From positions 192,001 through 256,000 of the forward strand of contig JBHLMN010000001.1 of the NCBI GenBank assembly GCA_048938105.1: DNA of 64,000 nt, in the 5' to 3' direction. This stretch comes from Promethearchaeota archaeon. GTDB lineage: Archaea; Asgardarchaeota; Heimdallarchaeia; Hodarchaeales; Hodarchaeaceae. Shown piece after piece: positions 29,689 through 40,466 of the stretch. The position numbers were made by a program, and so were the translations under genes. The stretch's first letter is position 1. Each line of letters begins with the position of its first letter. The notes under the pieces were generated by a model that saw nothing but the letters and a program-made list of their open reading frames with translations, searched no databases and was not told where the DNA came from.

Positions 29689-30942
29689 CTATTTATTCAA
29701 TCTTTGAAGTAATAAATACGTTCTATGTGCATTTTTGGCGTCACTAAAATCACGAAATAAACGGAAACAGAATTTTCTCCTTTCTGAGTCCTTTTGTGGA
29801 TTTTTAATATATAAATCGATAGTTTTAAGGAGATCTGTAAAATTTTTCACGATTTCTCCTGGAAAGCTTTTGAAAAAATCAAAACTGAATCCTCTTACCT
29901 GATTATAATATTTCCAATCATTAGCAAGAGCAATTATAGGGCGATTTAGATAAAGGAAGTCATAGATAATTCCAGAATAATCTGTAATAAGGATATCTGA
30001 ATATTTCAATAAATACTCTACATAAGGGACGATATGAAATGAAGCATTCTTAATTAATGGTGAATCCATTTTTCTATCAAATGTCTCTGCAATCTCTCTA
30101 GTATTTAGGTGATATCTATAAAGTAAGATTGCATTGTGCTTCCTCAAAGACTGTTCAAGTTGATTAAGTGAAAAATCCTTGAGAAATGGAAGATATGGGG
30201 GCCTAGAAATAAAATGGGGTCTAAATGTAGGTGCATACAATATTACTTTATCAAATTCATCGATTATAGATTTCACTAATTCCTCCCAAGGTGCATCTAA
30301 TGGAGATTGGGAAAAAAATAAATCATTTCTTGTAAATCCAATAGGAATGCATTGCTCAAACGGGATCTTTACAACGGAGGAGTATAGGAACCTTTCCAAT
30401 TCAGATCCTACAATATAGTACATTCGATAAGGCTTGTTTCTATTTAGTTTTTTACTTATAAACATCATTTTTTTAACTTTAGAAGGTTTTTTTTGCTGGA
30501 AAAGTTCTTTTCTATACTTCCACTCCCTAAATTCCGCAGGGACACCTGTTGCTTTCAGAGGGGTGCCATGTCGTAACGTAATGAATAATCTTCGTGGGTC
30601 TCTTCCTAACTTTGTCCAGTAGAAATCAGCATTACCATGAGTTATCAGGAAAATTTTTGATCTTAATATTATAAATAAATCTCTTAGATTCTTTGGATCT
30701 AGGTTACCTTTCAGGTTACGATTTGTAGTAATCATGAATACTGTGTAAGGAATAATTTTATTCTCTTGATGACGTTTTTTTAAATATCGAAGGAAGTAAT
30801 AATTATTGGAATCCAGATATAAACGTCCATGATTAGCTAAGATAATCATATAAGGATCTAGTGGAATTAAAAATGCAATGATACTTACTAATTCGTTGAC
30901 AATAGCTTTTACTAAATTTTTGATGGTATACATATGAAACAA
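29689..30942 (-). CDS. CDP-glycerol glycerophosphotransferase family (TagB/TagF-like)
   Basis: HGTPLK, G..RND, ILYAPTFR, DILITDYS.I.YDFL.L.RPII. Confidence 0.88.
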   Translation of the reverse strand: MFHMYTIKNLVKAIVNELVSIIAFLIPLDPYMIILANHGRLYLDSNNYYFLRYLKKRHQENKIIPYTVFMITTNRNLKGNLDPKNLRDLFIILRSKIFLITHGNADFYWTKLGRDPRRLFITLRHGTPLKATGVPAEFREWKYRKELFQQKKPSKVKKMMFISKKLNRNKPYRMYYIVGSELERFLYSSVVKIPFEQCIPIGFTRNDLFFSQSPLDAPWEELVKSIIDEFDKVILYAPTFRPHFISRPPYLPFLKDFSLNQLEQSLRKHNAILLYRYHLNTREIAETFDRKMDSPLIKNASFHIVPYVEYLLKYSDILITDYSGIIYDFLYLNRPIIALANDWKYYNQVRGFSFDFFKSFPGEIVKNFTDLLKTIDLYIKNPQKDSERRKFCFRLFRDFSDAKNAHRTYLLLQRLNK

Positions 30943-31419
30943 ATTAGATAACCGCCTAGATCCTTCAAAAAAGAAGTAATTTAAAACTATTGATCTTTGG
31001 TTGCTACTTCTTAACCATTTATTTGTTATATATATTAACCTCTATTCGCTATAAAGCGCCTTAATATCTTGTTTTACAAGTTAATCATTAAATATTCCTT
31101 TATTACTTGAGTTAAATTTTTTTGGGGGTCATTTTTTGATCCGTATCAGTCATTTAGAGGACTTTAGAAACTTTAAAAATCAGTTAAATTCTATTGAATT
31201 CTAAAAATCGAAGATATAAACTAATAATTAAGATCCTATATCAAATCGATAATTATTCGACAAATATGAAAGAAATATTCAGATTTTGCATAAATAGAAT
31301 AATAAATATCGGAAACTCTTAAGAATGATTATAACCTAAATTGTCTGAAGTTATATGAATTACATGATTATAGAGATACTAAGAAGGTTAGTAGATTATT
31401 TTCAAAAGGAGAAAAATTA

Positions 31420-33252
31420 ATGCAAGCTGTTATCTTATCGGCTGGATTTGGAAAACGATTAAGACCAATAACAAATTCCATTCCAAAGGGCCTTGTAAAG
31501 GTCAACAACATACCTATTATAATTAATACCTTAAATATTCTAACAAGGTATTCTCTGGATCGAATTATAATTGTAACTGGGTATTTAGAAAATGAATTGA
31601 AAAAAGCAATCGGAGATTATTGGAATGGAGTAAAAATTATCTATGTGTATAATGAGATATTTGCGACAACCAATAATATTTACTCATTGTGGCTAGTTAA
31701 AGAATATTTGAAATCTGACACACTATTGCTCGAATGTGATATCTTCTTTGAGAAAGAAGTGATGGAGAGAATATTTACCCAAAAAAATAAAAATTTAATA
31801 GTACTAAGTGAAATTAAACCTGGAATGCATGGAACAGTCGTGGAAGTTAATAGGGTGGGAGAAGTTGCAAAGATGTACCCTTCTAAAGATCAAATAGAAA
31901 ATTTTGATTATTCTAATAAATTTAAAACAGTAAATATCTATTGGTTTAAGAAAGATTTTCTTGAGAATATTTTTATTCCTACTTTAGATACATATGTCAA
32001 AACACAGAGCCTAGATCAATATTATGAGATTATTCTGACAATACTAATTTATTTCCAAAATCCAACACTTTTTTCTCTTGATGTTACTGATCTGAAGTGG
32101 ATAGAAGTGGATAGCTATGAAGATTTAGAACAAGCAAACATAATGTTTTCTCCAAAAGAAAGATTACTCGAGACAATTCTAAATAAGCATGGTGGTTATT
32201 GGCGATACCCCTTTTTGGATTTTTCTTATTTGTACAATTTATATTTCCCTCCAGATAAATTACTAGAAGATTTAAAATATAATCTTAGGGATTTATTATG
32301 TAATTATCCCTCTACTCATGTTGAACTTATTCAAAAGCTCTCAAATTGGACAAGAGTAGAAGCGAAGTACCTAGCGATAGGTAATGGTGCTTCAGAGATA
32401 ATAAATTCATTAAAAAAATATTTTACTAAAATCTTAATTCCCATACCAACATTCAATGAATATGAAAGAAATCTATCAAAGCAAAAGATTCATTATATTG
32501 AAAGAGACAAGAAAGATTTTTCTCTGCCTATGAACCAATTTGTTGAAACTTGCGAGAATAATAACGACATTAATACGGCTCTGATTATTAATCCTAATAA
32601 TCCCACATCTCAGATTTTGAAATACGAAGAAACAAAGAAATTAGTGACTAGATTATCAAAAATCCAATCTTTAGAAATGATAATTCTAGATGAATCTTTT
32701 GTTGATTTTGTTGGTGAAAACATTTCTCTCTTAGATGAATTAAGTAATTATCCTAATTTAATCATACTAAGAAGTCTTAGCAAGGATTTAGGAACACCAG
32801 GCGTTAGATTAGGTTATATTGCTTCCGCTAATCAGAAGTTGATAAATAATATTAGAAAAGAAATTGCAATTTGGAATATAAACTCAATAGCTGAACGTTT
32901 TTTGGATATTTTACCAAAATACCGTCAGGAATACTATCGATCAATAAGAATGGTAATTGAAGATAGAGCCTATTTTTATCAGAGGCTAAATGAAGAAGTT
33001 ACTGGAATCGAGATCTTTCCTTCTTATGCTAATTATTTTTTCATTAAGTTAATAAATGGAGCAAAAAGTAAGGAATTAAGAGATAGACTATTTCTAGATC
33101 ATGACATTCTTATTAAAGATTGTAGCAATAAGACTGGCCTTGAAAATGAGAAGTACATTAGAATAGCAATAAGAACGAAAGATGACATTGATTATTTTAT
33201 CCCCCGATTCAAAGCAGTTCTTAACCAATTGAGAAAAGAGAGGGAAAGATGA
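31420..33252 (+). CDS. Fusion of LicC-like phosphate cytidylyltransferase and class I/II PLP enzyme (CobD/HisC-like)
   Basis: ILSAGFGKRL.P.T...PK, TNNIYSL, W.EVD, then GNGASE, PTF.EY, NPNNP, DESF.DF, SLSK..G.PG.RLGY. Confidence 0.88.
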   Translation: MQAVILSAGFGKRLRPITNSIPKGLVKVNNIPIIINTLNILTRYSLDRIIIVTGYLENELKKAIGDYWNGVKIIYVYNEIFATTNNIYSLWLVKEYLKSDTLLLECDIFFEKEVMERIFTQKNKNLIVLSEIKPGMHGTVVEVNRVGEVAKMYPSKDQIENFDYSNKFKTVNIYWFKKDFLENIFIPTLDTYVKTQSLDQYYEIILTILIYFQNPTLFSLDVTDLKWIEVDSYEDLEQANIMFSPKERLLETILNKHGGYWRYPFLDFSYLYNLYFPPDKLLEDLKYNLRDLLCNYPSTHVELIQKLSNWTRVEAKYLAIGNGASEIINSLKKYFTKILIPIPTFNEYERNLSKQKIHYIERDKKDFSLPMNQFVETCENNNDINTALIINPNNPTSQILKYEETKKLVTRLSKIQSLEMIILDESFVDFVGENISLLDELSNYPNLIILRSLSKDLGTPGVRLGYIASANQKLINNIRKEIAIWNINSIAERFLDILPKYRQEYYRSIRMVIEDRAYFYQRLNEEVTGIEIFPSYANYFFIKLINGAKSKELRDRLFLDHDILIKDCSNKTGLENEKYIRIAIRTKDDIDYFIPRFKAVLNQLRKERER

Positions 33253-33295
33253 GTTCTGTTAGACTATATCAAAGTTTAAATGAAGGAATTTTATC

Positions 33296-34312
33296 ATGTG
33301 GGACAAACTTAAAGATAATAGGATTTTTGTTGGAGGTCATAGGAAGAATGGGACTACAGTGTTAATAGCATTACTTGATGGTCACCCAGATTTATTCATT
33401 TACCCTTATGAAACACACTTTTGGTATTCCTTTTATCCCATTTATGCTGAAGGCAATTTTAGCGTTAAAGAAAAAGTAGAAAGAATTACTCAATTCCTCT
33501 TTGAGGATTTAAAAGAAATCATTCAGAAATGGCTTAAATTAGATGAGAATGGTCTGAATTTCTCCTATCAAGAATTGAATGCCAAATACAATGAATTTAT
33601 ATTGAAAAATGGCAATACAACTAAAGATTTCTTTGATACTATGTGTTATTTGGTTAGAGAGCTATTACCATGCCCAAATTACCAAACACATAAATCTATA
33701 GTAACCAAAGATACGATGTCAGAAATTCATGTTAATGAATTATTCAAATTGTATCCAAAGTCAACATTTATTCATATTATGAGAGACCCAAGAGATAATT
33801 GTGCAGTAATAATGAATGGCTGGGATAAACATTACAAGAGAAACTATGATAGCAAAGAAAGATTATTCCGAGATGCCATTGATAGGGGATGGTTAAGTAT
33901 GCGCATGGCTATAGATAACCAAAAAATATATGGGGATGAGAAATATTTGATTATTAAATATGAGGATTTAATACTTAATACTAAAGCTACAATGAGAAAA
34001 GTATCCAAATTCATTGGAATTGATTTTAATCGTCTGAATTTTGACACTACTTTCTGTGGTATTCCATGGGAGGGAAATAGTTTCACAAATATGAAATACA
34101 AAGGTGTAAATACTAGTAGAATTGGAATGTATAGGAAATATTTAACAGAAGACCAAATAAAAGTCCTAGAATATTATTTTGAGGGAGAGATGATTCATTT
34201 CGGTTACAAACCTGATTATAAAAGATCAGAAAGTGTAGATGCGGTTAGAGAACATTATAAATGGTTTAATAATAATCAAATTTATTCAGGAAAAGCCTTT
34301 CGGAAATATTAG
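33296..34312 (+). CDS. PAPS-dependent sulfotransferase
   Basis: 5'-PSB GG.RKNGTT.L..LLD.HP, 3'-PB IHI.RDPRD, IKYEDL. Confidence 0.88.
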   Translation: MWDKLKDNRIFVGGHRKNGTTVLIALLDGHPDLFIYPYETHFWYSFYPIYAEGNFSVKEKVERITQFLFEDLKEIIQKWLKLDENGLNFSYQELNAKYNEFILKNGNTTKDFFDTMCYLVRELLPCPNYQTHKSIVTKDTMSEIHVNELFKLYPKSTFIHIMRDPRDNCAVIMNGWDKHYKRNYDSKERLFRDAIDRGWLSMRMAIDNQKIYGDEKYLIIKYEDLILNTKATMRKVSKFIGIDFNRLNFDTTFCGIPWEGNSFTNMKYKGVNTSRIGMYRKYLTEDQIKVLEYYFEGEMIHFGYKPDYKRSESVDAVREHYKWFNNNQIYSGKAFRKY

Positions 34313-34528
34313 AAAATAGGATGGTTTTTTTATCCCCTCCTTCTTTGCCAACTCCTTTATGAATCCATTGAGTCAATAGTGACTAAAACTCAATCGCCTC
34401 ATTATGAAACAGGAGAGAACCTTATCAAGCAAAAAAAGATTATGTAACAATGATAATGAGTCAAACACATCCCGAGTGAGGAGATAATCATATCTGAGAG
34501 ATTAAGTGCCAAATACAAGCGATTCATT

Positions 34529-35971
34529 ATGGGAGGTTTCTCAAGAGTCTTAATCTCTCGTACATTCTCTTTTCTTTATGTTATAATTATTACCCGCTTA
34601 GTCACAAAGGGAATAATGGACGAAATGATCATTTTAGCTTCTGGCCACCTCATAATTTCACAATTAGCAAGCTTTAGTATGAAATACTCTTGTAGACAAC
34701 GAGCTTTATCAGTAGGTGAAGAACGAAGTGAGGAAATCCGTTACAATGCATTAGTATTTATGTTGGTAATAGTTATACCGTTAGCTATTTTACTAGCTAC
34801 TATATTAGCTCTGTATGTGACAGGTTCTAGCTCTTTTGAATTATTATTCCTGTATCCACTATCTATGGCATTTTTAATCATAGTAGATACAGAAATAATG
34901 ATTGAAAGGTCATTATTGGCTGCAGATAAGGCAATATTCATAAATATGGCTTATACAATACTGAACTCGGTATTAGTGCCTTTATTCTACTATATCAACC
35001 CAACTTTGAGGAGTATATTGTGGGCTTGGATTATTGGTTTAGTGGTGACTGTTTTATTAGATATTCGAAAACCATTCCAAATATTACGAAAGAAAAAATT
35101 AAATCTTCAAACTTTGCACTATTTACTACGTTTTAGTTTTCCTATTTACCTAAGTCAATTACCAAGACTAATTTCGAGTCATATTAACAAGTTCATAATG
35201 TTTGAATTTCTTGAGACTGGAGCTACCAGCATTTTTTATTGGCCAAACAGAATTCTTTCTATTATTCGTGAAATGATTTTCATTGTAGCTACTGGTTCGG
35301 CACTACTGTTTAATAAACTTAATATAGTTGATAAGGAGAGATTACGTGATAGTTTTTTAGGTTTATTCCGAACAATTGTCCTTATTTCAGCTGTGGTTTA
35401 TTTTTGGATTTACCTAGATGCTGCTATATTGATTTATCTACTTTTAGGAGAAGGGTATATCGAAGCGGTTCTTTTCTTTAGATTGCTATGCATTACTTGG
35501 ATTATAACATCTATGACTACTGTTATGATAAACCTGAAAGATGCGCAAGGGCACAGGCGAATTTTGGTGAAAGGTAACCTTTTAGATTTTTCCAGTAAAA
35601 TTGTTCTGTTATTAATTTTGATTAGTCTGGGAGTATTGGGAGTCGTTCTAACTGAATTATTTGTTGCTATCCTCTATTTTGTATATTATCTCAAAAATAC
35701 TAAATATTTGCACGTTAATGACAACTTCATTCGTTTGGGTATCTTTATTACTATTGTGTCTATAACAGCTCACATAGGTATCTTTATCGAAAATTTCGAT
35801 CTGTTTGTAATGATGATACTAAATCTCATTTATATAGGAATAGCCATAGGATGCTTTTTTATGATTAAACCATTGACAACACGTGATATTAGATTTATTG
35901 ATAATATAATTCCGCAAAAACTCCAATGGACCTTAACCTATTATCACCCATCCAAATCTAAATTCGACTAA
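34529..35971 (+). CDS. Oligosaccharide flippase (Wzx/MOP family)
   Basis: Multi-TM protein with LLRFSFP and LLGE.Y..A motifs. The start may be ATA at 34490. Confidence 0.78.
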   Translation: MGGFSRVLISRTFSFLYVIIITRLVTKGIMDEMIILASGHLIISQLASFSMKYSCRQRALSVGEERSEEIRYNALVFMLVIVIPLAILLATILALYVTGSSSFELLFLYPLSMAFLIIVDTEIMIERSLLAADKAIFINMAYTILNSVLVPLFYYINPTLRSILWAWIIGLVVTVLLDIRKPFQILRKKKLNLQTLHYLLRFSFPIYLSQLPRLISSHINKFIMFEFLETGATSIFYWPNRILSIIREMIFIVATGSALLFNKLNIVDKERLRDSFLGLFRTIVLISAVVYFWIYLDAAILIYLLLGEGYIEAVLFFRLLCITWIITSMTTVMINLKDAQGHRRILVKGNLLDFSSKIVLLLILISLGVLGVVLTELFVAILYFVYYLKNTKYLHVNDNFIRLGIFITIVSITAHIGIFIENFDLFVMMILNLIYIGIAIGCFFMIKPLTTRDIRFIDNIIPQKLQWTLTYYHPSKSKFD

Positions 35972-36107
35972 ATTGAAAGAAGTTACAATAGACGATTAAA
36001 TTTGAGACTTCAAGGGTTTTTCCCACTATTTTTTTGTTAAGTAGACAAAGTAATTGGTAATTTCGTTATCCATCAAGATTCGCCTCTCGATGGAAGATGA
36101 TCCGATT

Positions 36108-37430
36108 TTAATTTTTATTAAGCACTGTTATAGGATTGAACTTGTTAAATCTCTTAACTAATTGTAATTCAAATGTAAACTTCAAGTCGGAGTTCATTAC
36201 ATTACCATCCTCTTTGAATCGTAGTGTCCTAAAAAGTGCTTCTTGTTCATTTAAATCTGTTATTTTGGAAGCAAGGAATGGAATAGGATAACCAGTCTTT
36301 GACATATTAATAGAGTCATATCTCAACTCTTCTTTAGCCTTGAGGTTTTTCAGGACACTGATTATTCGCTTACCTGCGTCTGCTTCAAACAAATTGACTG
36401 GTTTACTCATTTTTTTGACAAAATGAATGTCATGATGAAGTTTATTGATTACATTTAAGATTAAATCGGAATTATGACCGACTAAGAGGTTTTTTCCGCT
36501 GATTATTGTTTCAGGCCATTCAGAGGTTTCTCTTAAAGTAATGCACGGAATATTCAGTATAGCTGCTTCTTCTTGAACCCCGCCACTATCAGTTAATACT
36601 AAATGGGCTTTTTTTAATAAATTTATGAAAGAAAGATATCCGAGTGGGGGAATCATCCTGATTTTTGATTTGGGATGAAAGTCATTACTTAAATCAAAGA
36701 GCTGAATTTGTTTTTTGGTTCTAGGATGGACGGGAAATACAATAGGGATGGGACTATTCTTTATCCCAGTGATAATATCTCTCAATCGTTCCAAATCATC
36801 AGTATTTTCAGGCCGATGGATTGTTAATACACCATATGGAGATTCAAATTTGGGTACGCTTTGGTTGTCTCTTTTAACTTGGATAACATGATTTATTACA
36901 TCCTTTTGAGTGTTTCCGCACATAAAAATCCTATTACTAGGTTTTCCTTCCCAAAGAAGATTAATTTCAGCTTGAGCAGATGGTGCAAATAATATAGATG
37001 ATATTGCATCAATTATTAGACGGTTTAATTCTTCTGGCATTTTTCGATCAAAGGATCGGCATCCAGCTTCAAAATGAGCTGAAGGAATGTTAATTTTTCG
37101 AGCTGCTAAAGCACCTGCCATAGCTGAGTTGGTATCGCCCAGTACTCCTACAACGTCAATTTCTTCTTTCAAAAGAAAATCTTCGATTTTTACAAGCATT
37201 GATGCAGTCTGACTTCCATGAGTCTCTCCTTGTGCTTCAAGGAATACATCAGGTTCTCTAATTTTTAAATCCTCGAAAAAGATCTGAGACATCTCATAAT
37301 CATAGTGTTGACCTGTATGAATGAGGATACTTCTTATGTCAGGATCTTGATCAGCATGCCGAATAATTGACCATGTCTTGATTATTTCAGGCCTCGTTCC
37401 AAGTATGAAGGCAATTGTGTACATAATCAT
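36108..37430 (-). CDS. wecB: UDP-N-acetylglucosamine 2-epimerase (non-hydrolysing)
   Basis: GTRPEIIK, HTGQHYD, GDTNS, H.EAG.RS, PEE.NR, T.HR.EN, TDSGG.QEEA. Confidence 0.95.
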   Translation of the reverse strand: MIMYTIAFILGTRPEIIKTWSIIRHADQDPDIRSILIHTGQHYDYEMSQIFFEDLKIREPDVFLEAQGETHGSQTASMLVKIEDFLLKEEIDVVGVLGDTNSAMAGALAARKINIPSAHFEAGCRSFDRKMPEELNRLIIDAISSILFAPSAQAEINLLWEGKPSNRIFMCGNTQKDVINHVIQVKRDNQSVPKFESPYGVLTIHRPENTDDLERLRDIITGIKNSPIPIVFPVHPRTKKQIQLFDLSNDFHPKSKIRMIPPLGYLSFINLLKKAHLVLTDSGGVQEEAAILNIPCITLRETSEWPETIISGKNLLVGHNSDLILNVINKLHHDIHFVKKMSKPVNLFEADAGKRIISVLKNLKAKEELRYDSINMSKTGYPIPFLASKITDLNEQEALFRTLRFKEDGNVMNSDLKFTFELQLVKRFNKFNPITVLNKN

Positions 37431-37559
37431 CTCTCAAATCATTTGAAAAGAATTTTTCCTCTGGTACAGGAAAAAAATACTTTTACTGGAATATTGTTCT
37501 GATACATTAATATCATAGTTTATACTTTCTCAAAAATACTTAAAGCTTCTTTGTATAAA

Positions 37560-38693
37560 TTATCCCCCTCTTAAGATTCCTCTTCTCTTAAAAATTTCCG
37601 CGTATAATTGTAATGTTTTCTGGACTCCTGCTTGTACCGACAGTTCTTTCACAACAAAATTACGCCCTTTTTGTGACAATTCATGTCGAAATTTGTGATT
37701 GGTCAACACTTTAATTAATGCTTGAGAAATACTCTGTGGATCAAAAGCGTGTACAACTCCAGGAACATCACCTTTGGGATAATATGTAACTATCGGTGTT
37801 CCAGAAGCAAGTGATTCCAACTGGGAAATCCCCAGTTCGACAATACGGGGCTGAAATCCTCGTGTTTCGACTTTGGATGCATTCAAATACTTTCCTACCT
37901 CACTATTTGGAATTTCTCCTAAAAAATGAACATTTTCACTCATATGTAACTTTTTTACTAGTTTTTCCATACCTTTCCGTTCAGGCCCTTTTCCAATGAA
38001 TATAATGTTAGCATCTGGAATTTGATCTAAAACTAATCGAAACGCGTAAAGTACAGTATAGGGGCTTTTTATTTTAAATAGACGAGCAGTAAATGTAATA
38101 ATGTTTTCACCATATTTAGCAACAATTTCTGAAGCATCAATATTTGGATTGAAGGTTTCTGTATCGATTATACGCGGAAGATAAATCTTTTTATGCTCGG
38201 GAACGGTGTCTAATTCCTCTAGATAGTAATCAGCTGTTAATATAACTTTATCGATTTTTCTTAAGAAGATTCGTTGGATTGGCCCACGAATTCTTGAATG
38301 TGGTACAATTAACACTTCCCAACCATGACCAACGCCAACTATGGGGACTTTTAATCGCCATGCAACAATTTGTGATAAGAATAATTGTGACCACAAATAA
38401 TGGACATGGATTATTTGCGGTTTAAATTGTAAAATTTCTTTTATTAGAGGGTAAGCTATTCCAAAAGCCCGTGGTCGAATTGGTAAAGGAGACAACCATT
38501 TGACACGGACGTTCTTAGGAGTTTCTTGGGTGAAACGAAACCTTTTTCTAAACTTTTGCCTATCTAGGAGGACTAATACTTCGTGTCCTCTTTCTCCCAA
38601 ACCTTTCGCTAGATAAAAGCTGCAATTAGCGATTTCATCAATAATACAGATTTTCATTTCAATGGAAGAGTTTTTATAAGATACCTTTAACAT
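37560..38693 (-). CDS. Glycosyltransferase family 4
   Basis: PQIIHVH, HG.EV, ARL...K, G.GP, LESLASGTP. Confidence 0.85.
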   Translation of the reverse strand: MLKVSYKNSSIEMKICIIDEIANCSFYLAKGLGERGHEVLVLLDRQKFRKRFRFTQETPKNVRVKWLSPLPIRPRAFGIAYPLIKEILQFKPQIIHVHYLWSQLFLSQIVAWRLKVPIVGVGHGWEVLIVPHSRIRGPIQRIFLRKIDKVILTADYYLEELDTVPEHKKIYLPRIIDTETFNPNIDASEIVAKYGENIITFTARLFKIKSPYTVLYAFRLVLDQIPDANIIFIGKGPERKGMEKLVKKLHMSENVHFLGEIPNSEVGKYLNASKVETRGFQPRIVELGISQLESLASGTPIVTYYPKGDVPGVVHAFDPQSISQALIKVLTNHKFRHELSQKGRNFVVKELSVQAGVQKTLQLYAEIFKRRGILRGG

Positions 38694-38777
38694 TATTGCC
38701 AGATGAAAGCCACATTAATAGAGCTACTGTGCTAGAGTCGTTCTATATTGCATTATTTCTTGGTTATTTGTGATTCA

Positions 38778-39404
38778 TCATAATTTCCAACGGATAACCT
38801 CAAAAGCTTCAGCATATTGAGCTTTAATTTGAACCCCCCTAGCAATCGCTAATCCACGAATGAATTCTGGATTCACATACCCTCGGTGTTTTTGACTTTT
38901 ATAGCAAAGTAATGCCTCTATTTTCTTTTGTACATGTTTCTCCTGGAGTACACTGAAACATTGCGTCTGAAAATAAATATTATTCCAAGGTAATTCGTAA
39001 CCCAAAATTGAATCTGTTTTAAAAGCCCTAATACCTTCTTGTGAGATAGTTGTATGATCTTGATGAAGATCATTGGGAGATGGTAAAAAAATAATATCCG
39101 GTTCTACTTCTCTCCTAAGTTTAACAAGATCTTCTAAAATTTCTTGACGATTATAGGAGAATTTCCTTACAGTATAGTCATAAAGTATAATGTGGTCTTG
39201 TGGAATATTTAAAACTTTAGCAGCAGCCTTGATTTCCTTTACTAATGTATCATCAGGCACTCCAGGCGGTAATGAGGCCCTAACACTTGAGAAAGCGGCT
39301 AAATACAAATCTTTCTGTTGTTCTATAAATTTCACAATACTTCCTCCCATTGATAGTTCGCCATCATCGGTGTGGGGGGCTAAAACTAAGATTCTTTCAG
39401 TCAT
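38778..39404 (-). CDS. PIG-L/LmbE family de-N-acetylase
   Basis: LAPHTDD.E...GG, D.HQDH, YKSQ, AEAF. Confidence 0.9.
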   Translation of the reverse strand: MTERILVLAPHTDDGELSMGGSIVKFIEQQKDLYLAAFSSVRASLPPGVPDDTLVKEIKAAAKVLNIPQDHIILYDYTVRKFSYNRQEILEDLVKLRREVEPDIIFLPSPNDLHQDHTTISQEGIRAFKTDSILGYELPWNNIYFQTQCFSVLQEKHVQKKIEALLCYKSQKHRGYVNPEFIRGLAIARGVQIKAQYAEAFEVIRWKL

Positions 39405-39651
39405 TTTTTCTCCTCTTATTCTAATTGTACATTAAAACGATGAGCTAAACTTTTTTTCAAAAATATTATGTCCACCTTTCTTTATTTTTAACTATTTTTT
39501 GTATTTTACTTTTATTTATCAAATTATTTTATGAATACGTAATTCGATTATTATCTATCTTTAATAAATCCAATTGTTATCGTTCTGGTGTTTCGAATAA
39601 CATGACTATATCTGAAAGATGATGTACTTCAAAAATCGAAGGGGTTCAATT

Positions 39652-40434
39652 TCATGAAATCATTGAAGAGAATGTTTGGAAATCATTAATGGATTCCATT
39701 AGTTTCTGAAAATCATCTTTCTCTTTGTTAGAAAAAGCCCATTTATGCGGATGTGTTAATACTACGAAAGTTTTTCCTTTTAAGACGTTTTTAATTAACC
39801 AATTCATATTGTATTTTGATATGTCGCGATAGTATTCATCAAGCCAGAAAGCTCCAGGAAATACAAGAAATTTGTCCTTTTGAATTGGTTGGGCTGTAGG
39901 AATTTCATCATTTCCAGAAAAATACTTGAAACCTACATCTTGGCCGAGTTTTATCAAAAAATCCAAGTTGTACTCAACAGTATGATACTTTGATAGCTTG
40001 ATTTTGCCTGATCCATGTTTTGAAAAACCCAAAATAGGGGTGGGAAGATTTTTAGATAAAATTTTGAGATCCGTTTGAAAATCTCTTAGTGAAGATGTTC
40101 TTTCGGCATGATAAGCTATTTCATGTTTAGCTTTGATCAATTTTTGTTGAAATTCTTTAGATGGTTTTGTTTGAACCCGAAAAAACCAAGTTGCAGGAAT
40201 CTGAGCTTTTTCTAGTACTTTAAATAGGGATTTTGCTTGATCTAAATACCCTAGAAAATTGTGACGGATTGGTAATCTTTTGAAGTTTAAAGAAAAGTAA
40301 TTCAAAACCTTTTTATGAAACGAAAACCACCCATATGGATTATCGACATCTATTCTTAATATTATTGGCACAATTTCTTCTCCATTTCGTCTTTCTGTAT
40401 TTTTCCTCTTATCTATCGCTAGAAGATACAACAT
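39652..40434 (-). CDS. Polysaccharide deacetylase-like (CE4/NodB-like barrel)
   Basis: LRIDVD, PATWFF, HEIAYH, GFSKHG, LTHP. Probable start is GTG (VPIIL). Confidence 0.65.
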   Translation of the reverse strand: MLYLLAIDKRKNTERRNGEEIVPIILRIDVDNPYGWFSFHKKVLNYFSLNFKRLPIRHNFLGYLDQAKSLFKVLEKAQIPATWFFRVQTKPSKEFQQKLIKAKHEIAYHAERTSSLRDFQTDLKILSKNLPTPILGFSKHGSGKIKLSKYHTVEYNLDFLIKLGQDVGFKYFSGNDEIPTAQPIQKDKFLVFPGAFWLDEYYRDISKYNMNWLIKNVLKGKTFVVLTHPHKWAFSNKEKDDFQKLMESINDFQTFSSMIS

Positions 40435-40466
40435 AATTTACTTCGATAGTGATTTCTCGGTGAAAA

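Noticed and set aside
30970-31015. 8-bp inverted repeat AAGAAGTA...TACTTCTT in a divergent promoter region
   Set aside because: Short, AT-rich and widely spaced, so plausible by chance.
31420-33252. Phosphonate biosynthesis (PntC-aminotransferase fusion)
   Set aside because: No PEP mutase or phosphonopyruvate decarboxylase is in the window, and the PLP domain is class I/II rather than the class V AEP transaminase.
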